Source: an uncultured Desulfarculus sp. (GTDB lineage: Bacteria; Desulfobacterota; Desulfarculia; Desulfarculales; Desulfarculaceae). Taken from it: DNA of 64,000 nt. This document shows, piece by piece, positions 44,286 through 54,595 of the stretch (positions are counted from its first letter, which is position 1; each line of letters begins with the position of its first letter). The stretch spans positions 1,696,001 through 1,760,000 of the forward strand of contig CAXXUK010000001.1 in NCBI GenBank assembly GCA_963665125.2, written 5' to 3'. The notes beneath the pieces were generated by a model. That model was not told where the DNA came from. It worked only from the letters and a program-made list of their open reading frames with translations, and did not search any database. The translations under genes were made by a program, and so were the position numbers.

Positions 44286-46031
44286 GTGGAGACCGCGGGC
44301 CAAATAGTAAAACGCCTGGCTAAAAAGAGCGTACCTTCCCTGCTGCTGGGCCTGGTCGCCCTGTTGATGGTGGATTTTTTACAGCTCAGCGTGCCCCGGG
44401 TCATCAAGCTGGCCGTGGACGAATTGACCCTGGGCCGGGCCGACAGCCGCCTGCTGGCAATCTACGGCCTCATCGTCCTGGGCTTGGCCGCGTCCATGGG
44501 TCTGTTGCGCCTGTTGTGGCGGCCTCTTTTATTCGGTTTCGCCCGGCGCACCGAGCGCAAGCTTCGCCAGCAGATCTTCGACCACGTACAAACCATGCAC
44601 GTGGGCTATCTTGCCGACAACCCGCCGGGCGAGATCATGGCCCGTGCCACCAGCGACCTCAACAACATCCGCATGTCGGTGAGCTTCGGGCTCATCGCGG
44701 CCACCGACGGCTTGGTCATGGGCCTTGCCGCCATCGGCTTCATGATGGTCATCAATCCGGTTCTGACGCTTTTTGCCCTTTTGCCCATGCCTCTGATCGT
44801 GGTTATCGGCAGGGTGGTGGGCCGCCGCATGCACGCGGGGTTCATGGCCGTGCAGGAGTCGTTCGCGACCATGACCGAAGAGGTCCGGGAGGTGCTCAGC
44901 GCCATTGGCATGATCAAAGTCTACGCCCTGGCCGGGCGGGAGGAACGCCGTCTGGCCGCCGCCGGACGCGATTACCTGGCCCTGAACATGCGCGTGGCCC
45001 GGCTCCAGTCGCTGATGTTCCCCCTGGCCTCCTTTTTCACCAGTCTTAGCCTGGCCATCGTGCTGGGCGCGGGCGGCCCCCTGGCCGTGTTCAGCCAGAT
45101 CACCCCCGGCGACTTCGTGGCCTTTACGGCCTACCTGGGCCTGCTGACCTGGCCCATGATGGCCCTGGGCTGGGTGGTGGGCCTGTTGCAGCGGGGCCGG
45201 GCGAGCATGCAGCGGGTCACGGAGATCATCACGGCCCAACCCCTGATAAACGACCCGGCCGATCCCGCGCCTTTGCCCCAAGCCCACGGCGGCATCAGCG
45301 TACGCGGCCTGAATTACACCTATGAAGGGGCTGCCGTAGGCGCGCTGCATGACGTTGATCTGGATGTGGCCCATGGTCGGGTTACTGCCGTTGTCGGACC
45401 GGTGGGCTGCGGCAAATCAACCCTGCTTTCACTGATCCCCAGGGTCATAGATCCGCCGGATGAGGCCGTGCGGGTGGATGGCGTCGACGTTCGCCGCCTG
45501 GCCTTGGCCGATTTGCGCGGCTACGTGGTCCTGGCGCCCCAGGAGGCCTATATCTTTTCCACCTCGGTTCGTGAAAACCTGAGCCTGGGCAGGCCCGACG
45601 CCACGGAGGACGAGCTTTGGCAGGCCCTGGAGGCCGCGGAATTCGCCGACGAAGTGCGGGCCCTGCCGTCCGGCCTGGACACCGAGCTTGGCGAACGGGG
45701 CCACACCCTCAGCGGCGGCCAGCGCCAGCGCCTTGGACTGGCCAGGGTCCTTCTCTTGAACCCGCCGGTCCTGCTGCTGGACGACCCCCTTTCGGCGGTG
45801 GACACCAGCACCGAGCAGAGAATCCTACAAAACCTGGCCACGTTGCGCCGGGGCAAGACCACGGTCATCGTCAGCCACCGCCTGGCCTCGGTGGCCTTTG
45901 CCGACGCCATCTACGTGCTCGACCACGGCAAGGTCGTCGAGCGCGGAGTGCACCACGGGCTTGTGCGCCAGGGCGGCCTGTACCAGAGCCTCTTCGCCGA
46001 GCAGGCGGCCATCGCCGCCCTGGAGGGTTGA
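44286..46031 (+). CDS. ABC exporter, TMD+NBD, MdlA-like subunit
   Basis: GPVGCGKS, LSGGQRQR, degenerate Walker B LLLDDPLSAVD; GTG start right after the tlpA stop. Confidence 0.9.
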   Translation: METAGQIVKRLAKKSVPSLLLGLVALLMVDFLQLSVPRVIKLAVDELTLGRADSRLLAIYGLIVLGLAASMGLLRLLWRPLLFGFARRTERKLRQQIFDHVQTMHVGYLADNPPGEIMARATSDLNNIRMSVSFGLIAATDGLVMGLAAIGFMMVINPVLTLFALLPMPLIVVIGRVVGRRMHAGFMAVQESFATMTEEVREVLSAIGMIKVYALAGREERRLAAAGRDYLALNMRVARLQSLMFPLASFFTSLSLAIVLGAGGPLAVFSQITPGDFVAFTAYLGLLTWPMMALGWVVGLLQRGRASMQRVTEIITAQPLINDPADPAPLPQAHGGISVRGLNYTYEGAAVGALHDVDLDVAHGRVTAVVGPVGCGKSTLLSLIPRVIDPPDEAVRVDGVDVRRLALADLRGYVVLAPQEAYIFSTSVRENLSLGRPDATEDELWQALEAAEFADEVRALPSGLDTELGERGHTLSGGQRQRLGLARVLLLNPPVLLLDDPLSAVDTSTEQRILQNLATLRRGKTTVIVSHRLASVAFADAIYVLDHGKVVERGVHHGLVRQGGLYQSLFAEQAAIAALEG

Positions 46032-46034
46032 CCC

Positions 46035-48161
46035 ATGCCTCCAGGTGATTTCGGATACATGGAAGAAGGCGAACTGGGCAAGGCCTACAATTTCAGCCTC
46101 ATCGCCAGACTGGCCCGTTATCTTGGCGGCTCGGGCCGTAAACTTGCCGTGGCCGCGGTTCTGGTGCTGTTGGCCACCCTGCTGCAACTGGCCCTGCCCT
46201 ATATCACCCGCATCGGCATCGACAACTACATGGTCCGCCAAGCCCTGGCCCTGCGCCTAGGCAAAGCCACGCCCCAGCAGGAGAAAAACCTAAGGGCCCA
46301 GGCTGCGGGCAAGATCATCCAAGGTTCCCACGGTGGGGCCTTCATCACCGAACCGGACCTGCGCAAGGTGGACCCGCGCCTTGTGGCCCAACTGCGGCGC
46401 GACGGCGTTGTGGACGAATCGCCCTTTTATCTGGCACCGGACAATGACACGACCAGGGCTTTGGCCAAGCAGTATCCCAACCTGTTCACCAGGGCCGACA
46501 GCCGATACCTGATCCACACGGCCGACCTGAAGCGCCTGCCCGAGGGCTCGTTGCGGGAGCTACGCACGCCGGACGCCTACGGCCTGGCCGTGCTGGGCCT
46601 GGCCTTTGCCCTGCTTTCGCTTTTCGGCCTGGCCTTTGAGTATGCCCAGTCCATGATCCTGGAACGGGCGGGCCAGGAGATGATGTATGACCTGCGCCAA
46701 GACCTGTTCGGCCACGTGCTGAGCCGCTCGTCGGCGTTTTTCTCCAAAAACCCGGTGGGCAAGCTGGTCACCCGCATCACCAACGACGTACAGAACATCA
46801 ACGAGATGTTCCGCTCCACCCTGGTTTCGCTGATCCAGGACTTATTCATGCTGCTGGGCATCGTGGCGGTGATGCTGGCCCTTGACGTGACCCTGGCCCT
46901 GGTCTGTCTGACCCTCGTGCCGATCATCGCGGTGATGGCCTATGTCTTCGCCCGCCTGGCCAGGGAGGCCTTCCGGGCCTTGCAGGGTCACCTGGGCCGT
47001 ATCAATTCCTGGCTCAGCGAGACGCTCAGCGGCTTGGCCGTGGTGCAGCTTCTGCGCGCCGAGGCCGCGGGCTCCCGGCGCTTCCGGGGCATGAACCAGT
47101 CCTACTACGAAGCGGGCATGAAACAGGTCAAGGTCTTCGCCGTGTTCATGCCCCTGGCCGAGCTTTTTTCCGCCCTGGCCGTGGCCCTGATCATCTGGTA
47201 CGGCGGAGGCCAGGTCATCCAGGACCGCATCAGCCTGGGCACCCTGGTGGCGTTTTTGTCGTACATGCAGATGTTCTTCCGGCCCGTGCGCGACCTGGCC
47301 GAGAAATACAACATCCTCCAGGCGGCCATGGCCAGCGGCGAGCGCATCTTCAACCTTTTGGACGATGACGCGGCCCTGCCCCTGCCGCCCGAACCCGTGG
47401 ACCCGGAGCCGGGGCCGGGCCGGGTGGTCTTCGAAAACGTCGGCTTCGGTTATGACCCGGCCAAGCCGGTGGTGCGGGAGGTGAGCTTCACCATACCGCC
47501 GGGCCAGGTCTGGGCCGTGGTGGGCCCCACCGGCGCGGGCAAGACCAGCCTCACCTCGCTTTTGATGCGCCTGTACGATCCCCAGCAGGGCCGGGTGCTC
47601 ATCGACGGCGTGGATTTGCGGACCATGGACCGTCAGGCCATCGCCCGGCGGGTGGCCCTGGTGCCCCAGGAGGTGGTGCTGCTGGCCGGGACCATCGCCG
47701 ACAACGTCCTGCTGGACAGATCCCAGGCCACGGAAGACGACCTGCGCCGGGCCCTGGAGGTCAGCGGCGCGTCCACTTTCGTGGATCAGTTGCCCGGCGG
47801 CGCCCAGACCCAGCTGGGCGAAGGCGGCCGCAAGCTCAGCGCGGGCCAGCGGCAGATCCTGTCATTGGCCCGGGCCCTGGCCGGGCGGCCCAAGGTCTTG
47901 ATTCTGGACGAGGCCACCAGCAGCGTGGACCCGGCCTCGGAGAGGCTGATCCAGCAGGCCCTGCCCAGGGTCATGGCCGGGCGCACCAGCCTGGTGGTGG
48001 CCCACAGGCTGTCGACCATCCGCAACGCCGACAATATCCTGGTCATGCAAAACGGCCGCGTGGTCGAACAGGGCAGGCACGACGAACTGGCCGCCGCCGG
48101 GGGGCTCTACGCCCGCCTGGTGCGGCTGGAGGAAATGAAAGGCAGGGAACCGGCGGGCTAA
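46035..48161 (+). CDS. ABC exporter, TMD+NBD, MdlB-like subunit
   Basis: GPTGAGKT, LSAGQRQ, LILDEATSSVD, AHRLST. Confidence 0.92.
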   Translation: MPPGDFGYMEEGELGKAYNFSLIARLARYLGGSGRKLAVAAVLVLLATLLQLALPYITRIGIDNYMVRQALALRLGKATPQQEKNLRAQAAGKIIQGSHGGAFITEPDLRKVDPRLVAQLRRDGVVDESPFYLAPDNDTTRALAKQYPNLFTRADSRYLIHTADLKRLPEGSLRELRTPDAYGLAVLGLAFALLSLFGLAFEYAQSMILERAGQEMMYDLRQDLFGHVLSRSSAFFSKNPVGKLVTRITNDVQNINEMFRSTLVSLIQDLFMLLGIVAVMLALDVTLALVCLTLVPIIAVMAYVFARLAREAFRALQGHLGRINSWLSETLSGLAVVQLLRAEAAGSRRFRGMNQSYYEAGMKQVKVFAVFMPLAELFSALAVALIIWYGGGQVIQDRISLGTLVAFLSYMQMFFRPVRDLAEKYNILQAAMASGERIFNLLDDDAALPLPPEPVDPEPGPGRVVFENVGFGYDPAKPVVREVSFTIPPGQVWAVVGPTGAGKTSLTSLLMRLYDPQQGRVLIDGVDLRTMDRQAIARRVALVPQEVVLLAGTIADNVLLDRSQATEDDLRRALEVSGASTFVDQLPGGAQTQLGEGGRKLSAGQRQILSLARALAGRPKVLILDEATSSVDPASERLIQQALPRVMAGRTSLVVAHRLSTIRNADNILVMQNGRVVEQGRHDELAAAGGLYARLVRLEEMKGREPAG

Positions 48162-49066
48162 AGCCCCAGGAGCCCTGCCGCGTTGTCGTGGGTGATGGCC
48201 CGCTCCAGGGCGGCGTCGCCCTTGCAGGCCTTGCGGGCGATTTTCATGGCCGGTTCCTGGTTGCCGTAGGGCCAATCCGAGCCCAGGACCACCCGCTGCG
48301 GACCGAATGCCTTGATCAGCTTGCGCACCTTGCCCACGCTTTGGAAGGACGTCTCGGCATAGACGTTTTTCAGGACCGGCAACAACTCCAACACGTCCGG
48401 AATATCGTAGAGACCCGAGTGCCCGGCTATGAAGTTGACCTTGGGGAACGCGGCCATCAGGTTGCGGATGGATTCGATTTCGCCGTATTCCGATTTCTGG
48501 CGGGTGGTCTTTTCCTGGCCAAAATAATACGACGAAACGCCGGTGTGGATAAGCACCGGCAGGCCGTGGGGCGCGAAGGCCTCCACCGCCGCCATCATCT
48601 CCGGCGAGTCGGCCCGTTTCTGCTGGATCACCGGATGCAGCTTCAGGCCCCTGGCCCCGGCCGCGACGTCGGCCGCCAACGCCTCGGCCACATCATGCGG
48701 CCTGGTGAAATCCACGCTGGTGAACGGCAGCACCCGGCTGTCGCGCTTATGGGCTTCGAGCAGATCCTTGAACCCAACGTACGGCTCAATGGGCATCACG
48801 GCGATGTAGCCGACATTGTTGCGGTTCAGGGTAGCCTGCATATTCTCCAGGGTCGCCGTGGCGTTGCGGGCCACCTCGGCCTTGGAGACAAGGCCCATGA
48901 TCAGCCCGTAGACGAGCCGCTCGCCGAACGGCAGGCCGCCGTGCAGCCCGGCCTCGGATACGCTCACAACGTCGAAACCGGCTTTTTTGGTTACGCCCGT
49001 CCGCCAGATCAGCCCGCCGCCGTCCGGCTCCAGGATATCGCCCAAGTGTGAGTGGATGTCGATCAT
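48158..49066 (-). CDS. Amidohydrolase-2 family metal-dependent hydrolase
   Basis: IDIHSH, GLKLHP, IHTG, GHSG, GSDWP. Confidence 0.88.
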   Translation of the reverse strand: MIDIHSHLGDILEPDGGGLIWRTGVTKKAGFDVVSVSEAGLHGGLPFGERLVYGLIMGLVSKAEVARNATATLENMQATLNRNNVGYIAVMPIEPYVGFKDLLEAHKRDSRVLPFTSVDFTRPHDVAEALAADVAAGARGLKLHPVIQQKRADSPEMMAAVEAFAPHGLPVLIHTGVSSYYFGQEKTTRQKSEYGEIESIRNLMAAFPKVNFIAGHSGLYDIPDVLELLPVLKNVYAETSFQSVGKVRKLIKAFGPQRVVLGSDWPYGNQEPAMKIARKACKGDAALERAITHDNAAGLLGL

Positions 49067-49278
49067 CAGGCACCGCCGTGTTTGGGTGGTCTTTTTTCAG
49101 GGCCGATCCATTTCGCCCGCCCCCAAATTAGTCAATCGACTAACTTAAGCACTTTAAACCGCCCATCCGAGCCGTGTCAATAGCGGTTTTGCCCCGCCCC
49201 AAAGGCATGCTACAAATAACATGCTCCGAAACACGGAGTCCTTGCTCAGCCGCTTGCAAGCAAACAAAGGAGTCCTCA

Positions 49279-50070
49279 ATGAATTTGGGTATTGCCGGGA
49301 AAAACGCCCTGGTCTGCGGGGCCAGCCGGGGCCTGGGACGGGCCTGCGCCGAAGCCCTTGCCGCCGAGGGCTGCAACGTGGCCCTGTGCGCCAGGGGCAG
49401 CCAAGACATGGAGCAGGCGGTCGCCGACATCGCCGGGGCCTACGGCGTTAAGACAATTGCCGCTCCGGCGGATTTGTCAGACAGCAAACAGGCGACGGCG
49501 GCGGCGGAAAAAGCACTGGCCGCTCTGGGCCGAGTGGACATCCTGATCAACAACAACGGCGGGCCGCCCCCGGGCAAGTGGGCCGACTTGTCCGAAGACG
49601 TCTGGCGTAAAACCGTGGATCTGACCCTGCTCTCGGCCCAGGCCATGACCCGCGCGACCCTGCCCGGCATGATCCAACAGGGCTGGGGCCGTATCATCAA
49701 CCTCACCAGCATCTGTGTAAAGCAGCCCCTGGACGGCTTGATGCTCAGCAATGCCATACGCTCGGCCGTCATCGGCTGGGCCAAGAGCCTGGCCGACGAA
49801 GCCGCACCCCACGGCGTGACCGTCAACAACATCTGCCCCGGCTGGTTTCTGACCAAACGGGTGGACGATCTTCTTGAAAACAAGGCGGCTGATGCGGGCG
49901 CCACCAAGGACCAGGTCATGGCGGGCGTACTATCCGGCATCCCCACCGGGCGCATGGGCAAACCCGCAGAACTGGGCGCGTTGGCAGCGTTTTTGGCCAG
50001 CCAACAGGCGGCCTACATCACCGGCGCATCATACGCCCTTGACGGCGGGTTGTACCGGGGCATGCTGTAA
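49279..50070 (+). CDS. SDR oxidoreductase (FabG-like)
   Basis: GASRGLG, DILINNNGGP, NNICPG; AAGGAG RBS. Confidence 0.9.
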   Translation: MNLGIAGKNALVCGASRGLGRACAEALAAEGCNVALCARGSQDMEQAVADIAGAYGVKTIAAPADLSDSKQATAAAEKALAALGRVDILINNNGGPPPGKWADLSEDVWRKTVDLTLLSAQAMTRATLPGMIQQGWGRIINLTSICVKQPLDGLMLSNAIRSAVIGWAKSLADEAAPHGVTVNNICPGWFLTKRVDDLLENKAADAGATKDQVMAGVLSGIPTGRMGKPAELGALAAFLASQQAAYITGASYALDGGLYRGML

Positions 50071-50075
50071 ACGAA

Positions 50076-50129
50076 TCGGGAGGCCGTTTAAGGCCTCCCG
50101 AATCACGCCTCCGGTATAAAACCGGAGGT
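50076..50129. terminator. Tandem hairpins between convergent genes
   Basis: tcgggaggcc/ggcctcccga and cctccggt/accggagg stems. Confidence 0.6.
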
Positions 50130-50140
50130 GTTATTTAGGC

Positions 50141-50521
50141 TTAGCCGCGGACAAAGGCCCAGGCCTGGTCGATATCGGCGACATTGAAATATTTTTCAAT
50201 GCGCTCCTTTTCCTTACTGCCGAGGAGCATATTGTCGGCCTTGATCATGATTTCCTGGATCTTGCTGTCGCCGACCACGGCGATGTGGCGGAGTTGCCCG
50301 ATATGTTTCAGGGCGTAGCGGGCGTCTTCCACAAAGGCCTTGAACTCGCTGGCGGTTATCTCCAGTTCATCGATCTTGCAAAGCAGGTTGACCCTGTCGT
50401 TGCCCTGGGCCAGGACGCCCTCGAAAGCCTTCTTGAACTGCTCGATATCGTCCATGGTGTAGCCCTGGCTTATCTCAACGCCAAGGACATTGCCCCGGCT
50501 GCCGTCCAATACCGCGAACAT
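50141..50521 (-). CDS. SpoIIAA-like (STAS/SEC14) protein
   Basis: HIAVVGD...KYFNVADIDQAWAFV pattern; AGGAAAGAG RBS before ATG 50521. Confidence 0.8.
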   Translation of the reverse strand: MFAVLDGSRGNVLGVEISQGYTMDDIEQFKKAFEGVLAQGNDRVNLLCKIDELEITASEFKAFVEDARYALKHIGQLRHIAVVGDSKIQEIMIKADNMLLGSKEKERIEKYFNVADIDQAWAFVRG

Positions 50522-50679
50522 CTCTTTCCTCCCTGACAGACCGTGTACAAGTCCGCCGCCACGACCGTGACCTGACCGTCGAGGCCAAGGATTACCAGCG
50601 GCGGTGCCATCTGCACGCAACGTATTCAGATCAAACGCATAATTTATTTTGCGGCATAAGGAGGCCGATATTCCAGCGA

Positions 50680-51072
50680 TTATGCGTCTTTTTCCAGGGA
50701 TTCGATAATCAGGCGGGGCAATGAAGCTGCGTTGTGCAGGACCTGGGCCAAATCACCGGCGTTCAGAGAATCCCAGTGGATGCCGGCACAAACCACCACC
50801 CGCACGCCCAGGTAGGCGGCCAGGGTTTTGGCCAAGTCGCGGGCCAGCATGTCTTCCTTGTGGCCGGGGAAACAGATCACCGAGGCATCGGAGCTGGTCA
50901 CATCGGGATCGGCCAGGCTGGGGCGGGGCGATGCGGCGGCCACGGCGCCCACGTGGGGCGCCGGACCTCCGTTGACAATCACCACAAGGTCCGGGCCGGA
51001 CCAAAGGCAACGGGCCTCGACATTGTAGGACTCGCCTTTGGTGACAACCCAAATTTCCCTGTTATCGGCCAT
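50680..51072 (-). CDS. LpdD/PAC4-like small protein
   Basis: DLVVIVNGG..PHVGAVA, PRPSL, GHKED..AR, VVCAGIH. Confidence 0.7.
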   Translation of the reverse strand: MADNREIWVVTKGESYNVEARCLWSGPDLVVIVNGGPAPHVGAVAAASPRPSLADPDVTSSDASVICFPGHKEDMLARDLAKTLAAYLGVRVVVCAGIHWDSLNAGDLAQVLHNAASLPRLIIESLEKDA

Positions 51073-51596
51073 TATTGCTTTGGCAGGCGCTTTTCAATGT
51101 TTTCCATGCGCTGCAAGAGGATGTCCAGCTTGTTTTCCAGGGACTGCAAGCCGTCTTCCAATTTTTCCAGGCGCTTTTCGGTCACAGCGTCAGTGGCGCC
51201 GCCGGTGTTGATCGGCGTGAGCGCTGGATGGGTCAGCACCGGCGCCGCTGTGGGCTGTCCGGAGCCGTAGGCGGGAATGCCGCCCTCGCCCGCATCGGAT
51301 CTTTCCTTGGAACGCTTGACCATGATCCGCTCACCGGTCTTTGTGTTGAGCATGTTGCCATCCTTGAGAAGCTCCACGGGATGGCCAGGCAGCCAGTTAT
51401 AGGCAACGTCCCAGTCGCGGGGGTTGGGCACATTCCAAACCGAACCGTCGTTTAGAAAGACCTTTTCACCGGTTTCGGTGACTTTTTTAACCATGAGTTG
51501 CGCCGCCGGCGCGGGAGATACGGCCACGGCGCAAACCATGGCGCAGATCATGATGATCACGGTAGCCTTAAGGGAACGATGCATCTTCATCTCCAA
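51072..51596 (-). CDS. Secreted hypothetical protein with C-terminal coiled coil
   Basis: Signal peptide; LNDGSVW motif; C-terminal heptad repeats. Confidence 0.7.
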   Translation of the reverse strand: MEMKMHRSLKATVIIMICAMVCAVAVSPAPAAQLMVKKVTETGEKVFLNDGSVWNVPNPRDWDVAYNWLPGHPVELLKDGNMLNTKTGERIMVKRSKERSDAGEGGIPAYGSGQPTAAPVLTHPALTPINTGGATDAVTEKRLEKLEDGLQSLENKLDILLQRMENIEKRLPKQ

Positions 51597-51734
51597 TAAA
51601 AATGCTTAATTACGTTAACCAGCCAATTGAAGCACAGGCCCGGCTATTTGTCCAAGGCAAGTTTGGTTACAAAACCGGACCATGTTGACACAGGCGATAG
51701 CCTATGCTACTGGCATTGACAGTCAATATACCAG

Positions 51735-51913
51735 GTTGTCGGTGCGTCGGCTCCCCGGCGCAAATGGGAAGGCGGTGAAAATCCGCCGCGGCCCCGCCGC
51801 TGTAACCGGGTACCGAAGCCGCAAGCCGGATAAAACCGGCGGTCACTGCGCCCAGCGGCGCGGGAAGGCGCGGCCAAAGGGATGAACCGGAAGCCAGAAG
51901 ACCTGCCGACAAT
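51735..51913 (+). ncRNA. Cobalamin riboswitch
   Basis: GGTG...ATGGGAA-GGCGGTGAAAATCCGCC-GCGGCCCCGCCGCTGTAA...GTCACTG...GGGAAGG...AAGCCAGAAGACCTGCC; P1 gttgtcggt/gccgacaat. Confidence 0.95.
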
Positions 51914-52134
51914 TTCCGGCTGTTGATCGTATGCGAGGGCATACCGGCCGGGTGGTGTCCAGGTACGGGTGGGCTCTACACAAAATCGAGTCCATCCGAA
52001 GTTGCCTAGTATATTGGTCAGTTTTTTTACGACTAGCTAATATCGTCATCACCCGCCATAATCCCTTATTAAGACCCGGCGCACGGATGCGTAAATCACG
52101 CACCAATCGATTCTTTTGGCGAGGTTTGTCAATC

Positions 52135-54081
52135 ATGAAGATCAGGTTCGAACCCTTTGACGTGGAAATCGAAGTGGAAGCTGGCACCAGCGTTCTGGAG
52201 GCGTCTCTCCAGGCCGGCGTACACATCAACGCCTCCTGCGGCGGGTCTGGTGTGTGCGGCAAATGCGCTATCACCGTTAAGGAAGGGCAGTATAAAGGCG
52301 GCATCAGCGAAAAAGTCAGCGCCGAGGATCAGGCAAAGGGCGTGCGCCTGGCCTGCACGACGATTCCCACCGGTGATTTGGTGGTGGAGGTGCCGGTCCA
52401 TGCCGCCCGTGACGACGCAGGACTCAAGCTTCTGGCCACCGGCTCGGCCAAACTGGCCAAGCTCATCGGCGCCGAGGATCTGCGCCAGCAAGGCCGTTAC
52501 GATCCGGCATTGGCCGAGGTCGTGGTCACGGCCGATCCTCCCAGCGGAAGTGACAACACCAACGACGTCGGCCGCCTATTAAAGGCCATGCGGGCCATGG
52601 GTGAAAGCAACTTCGCTTTCCGCTTCGAGGCGGTCCGCGACCTGCCGGATGCATGGCGCGAAGGCAACTGGACCGTGACGGCCAAGATACTAAGGGCCGC
52701 TACCAGCACGGGTAAAAACCAGGTTATTCACGTCATGCCGGGTGACGACAGCGCCCGCAACATCGTCGCGGCCATCGACCTTGGCACCACTACGGTCTGG
52801 GCTCAATTCATCGACTTGGCCACGGGCGAAATCTTGGGCTCGGAGGGCGACTTCAACGCCCAGATCGGTTACGGCGAAGACGTCATCACCCGCATCATGT
52901 ACGCCAAGAAAGACGGCGGTCTCAAGCGCCTGCAAGAGGCCGCGGCCAACTCGATAAACGAGGTCCTCAAAAAGCTTTCCCGCTCCACCGGCGTGGATGT
53001 CAACGAAGTCAACCTGGCCACCATCGCCGGCAACACGACGATGACCCAGCTGTTTTTGGGCGTCAACCCGCAATATATCCGGCTGGACCCGTACGTACCC
53101 GCGGCGGCCTATTACCCTCCCGTGCAGGCCTACAAATTCGGCCTGTCCTTCCAGGACCACGTGCCGCTGCTCATATTCCCGGCCGTGGCGTCCTATGTGG
53201 GCGGCGATGTCATCTCCGGCGTCATGGGTTCGGGCATGCACGTGGACGAGCGTTTGACCCTGTTCATCGACATGGGCACCAACGGCGAGGTCGTGGTGGG
53301 CAACAAGGACTGGATGGTCTGCGCCGCGGCCAGCGCCGGTCCGGCCTTCGAAGGCGGCGGCATCAAGTTCGGCATGCGTGCGGCCAAGGGAGCCATTGAG
53401 AATTTCTCGGTGGATCCGGTCACAGGCGAACCGTCCATCACCACCATCGGCAGGAGCCGGGCCAGAGGCATCTGCGGCTCGGGCCTGATCAACGCCGTTT
53501 CGGCTCTGCTGTTGACCAACCTCATCGACGAGCGCGGCAAATTCAACGTCAACCACCCCAGCGACCGTCTACGCGTGGGCGAGGACGGACCGGAATACGT
53601 GCTGGTCTGGAAGGAAGACGGCGCCCTGGACCGCGACATCACCATCACCGAACCGGATATGGACAACCTGATCAGGGCCAAGGGCGCCATGTACGCCGCC
53701 TATATGACCCTGCTGGAGTCGGTGGGCCTGACCATCAAGGACCTGGACCGGGTTATCCTGGCCGGCGGTTTCGGCCAGAGCATCAACCTGGAACGCGCCC
53801 AGATCATCGGCCTGCTGCCGGAGATGCCCGCCGACCAGTTCATATTTGTGGGCAACGGTTCGCTTTTGGGCGCCCGGTTGATCTGCATGAGCAACCAGCT
53901 TCGCTCGGAAGTGCTGGACATCGTGGACAAGATGACCAACTTCGAACTTTCCGTGGCGCCGGGCTACATGGACGCCTACATGGCCGCCCAGTTCCTGCCC
54001 CATACCGAGGCCAAACGGTTGTTCCCCAACGCCTACGAACAGATTCAGCTGGCCCACAAGGCCTTCGCCGCCAGTCATTAG
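52135..54081 (+). CDS. RACo/DUF4445 ASKHA ATPase with N-terminal 2Fe-2S ferredoxin (reductive activator of corrinoid proteins)
   Basis: CGGSGVCGKC...RLAC, IDLGTTT, YGEDVITRI, FIDMGTNGEV, AGPAFEGG, GICGSG, LAGGFG. Confidence 0.92.
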   Translation: MKIRFEPFDVEIEVEAGTSVLEASLQAGVHINASCGGSGVCGKCAITVKEGQYKGGISEKVSAEDQAKGVRLACTTIPTGDLVVEVPVHAARDDAGLKLLATGSAKLAKLIGAEDLRQQGRYDPALAEVVVTADPPSGSDNTNDVGRLLKAMRAMGESNFAFRFEAVRDLPDAWREGNWTVTAKILRAATSTGKNQVIHVMPGDDSARNIVAAIDLGTTTVWAQFIDLATGEILGSEGDFNAQIGYGEDVITRIMYAKKDGGLKRLQEAAANSINEVLKKLSRSTGVDVNEVNLATIAGNTTMTQLFLGVNPQYIRLDPYVPAAAYYPPVQAYKFGLSFQDHVPLLIFPAVASYVGGDVISGVMGSGMHVDERLTLFIDMGTNGEVVVGNKDWMVCAAASAGPAFEGGGIKFGMRAAKGAIENFSVDPVTGEPSITTIGRSRARGICGSGLINAVSALLLTNLIDERGKFNVNHPSDRLRVGEDGPEYVLVWKEDGALDRDITITEPDMDNLIRAKGAMYAAYMTLLESVGLTIKDLDRVILAGGFGQSINLERAQIIGLLPEMPADQFIFVGNGSLLGARLICMSNQLRSEVLDIVDKMTNFELSVAPGYMDAYMAAQFLPHTEAKRLFPNAYEQIQLAHKAFAASH

Positions 54082-54186
54082 GCAAGCCGGGCCATGGCCG
54101 ACATCATTTTGTCGGCCATGGCCTGCAACAAAGAAGACCCGGTGGACCTATTGCAGCCTTCCAAACCCTATGCTAAGCTTCAGGCC

Positions 54187-54585
54187 ATGAAAACGGGGTT
54201 GATATTTCGCTGGTTTTTGAATGCATTGGGCCTTCTGCTGGTCAGTTGGATCTTCGACGGCATCCATGTCGACGGCTTTGGCTGGGCCCTTATCGCCGCG
54301 CTATTCCTTGGCATCCTAAACGCCGTTATCAGACCCCTGCTCATTATTCTCACGCTGCCTATCACATTCCTGACAATGGGTTTATTCATTCTGGTGGTCA
54401 ATGCACTGATGCTTTGGCTGACCGGAGCGCTGTTGGCCGGATTCCAAGTGCAAGGTTTCTGGACGGCCATGGGCGGAGCCATCATTCTCAGTCTAATCAG
54501 TATGGCCGCAAACAGTTTTGTGGCTGACAAGGGTCGTATAGAAATTATCGAACTGCGTAGGGGCCCCTCGGGCCGTTGGGAGTAA
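54187..54585 (+). CDS. YvlD-like 4-TM membrane protein ('phage holin family')
   Basis: LGILNAVIRPLLIILTLPITFLTMGLFILVVNALML. Confidence 0.88.
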   Translation: MKTGLIFRWFLNALGLLLVSWIFDGIHVDGFGWALIAALFLGILNAVIRPLLIILTLPITFLTMGLFILVVNALMLWLTGALLAGFQVQGFWTAMGGAIILSLISMAANSFVADKGRIEIIELRRGPSGRWE

Positions 54586-54595
54586 CGAGCCGGTC

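Noticed and set aside
54187..54585. 'Phage holin' as a sign of a prophage
   Set aside because: The YvlD-like family is widespread on chromosomes, and no phage genes are nearby
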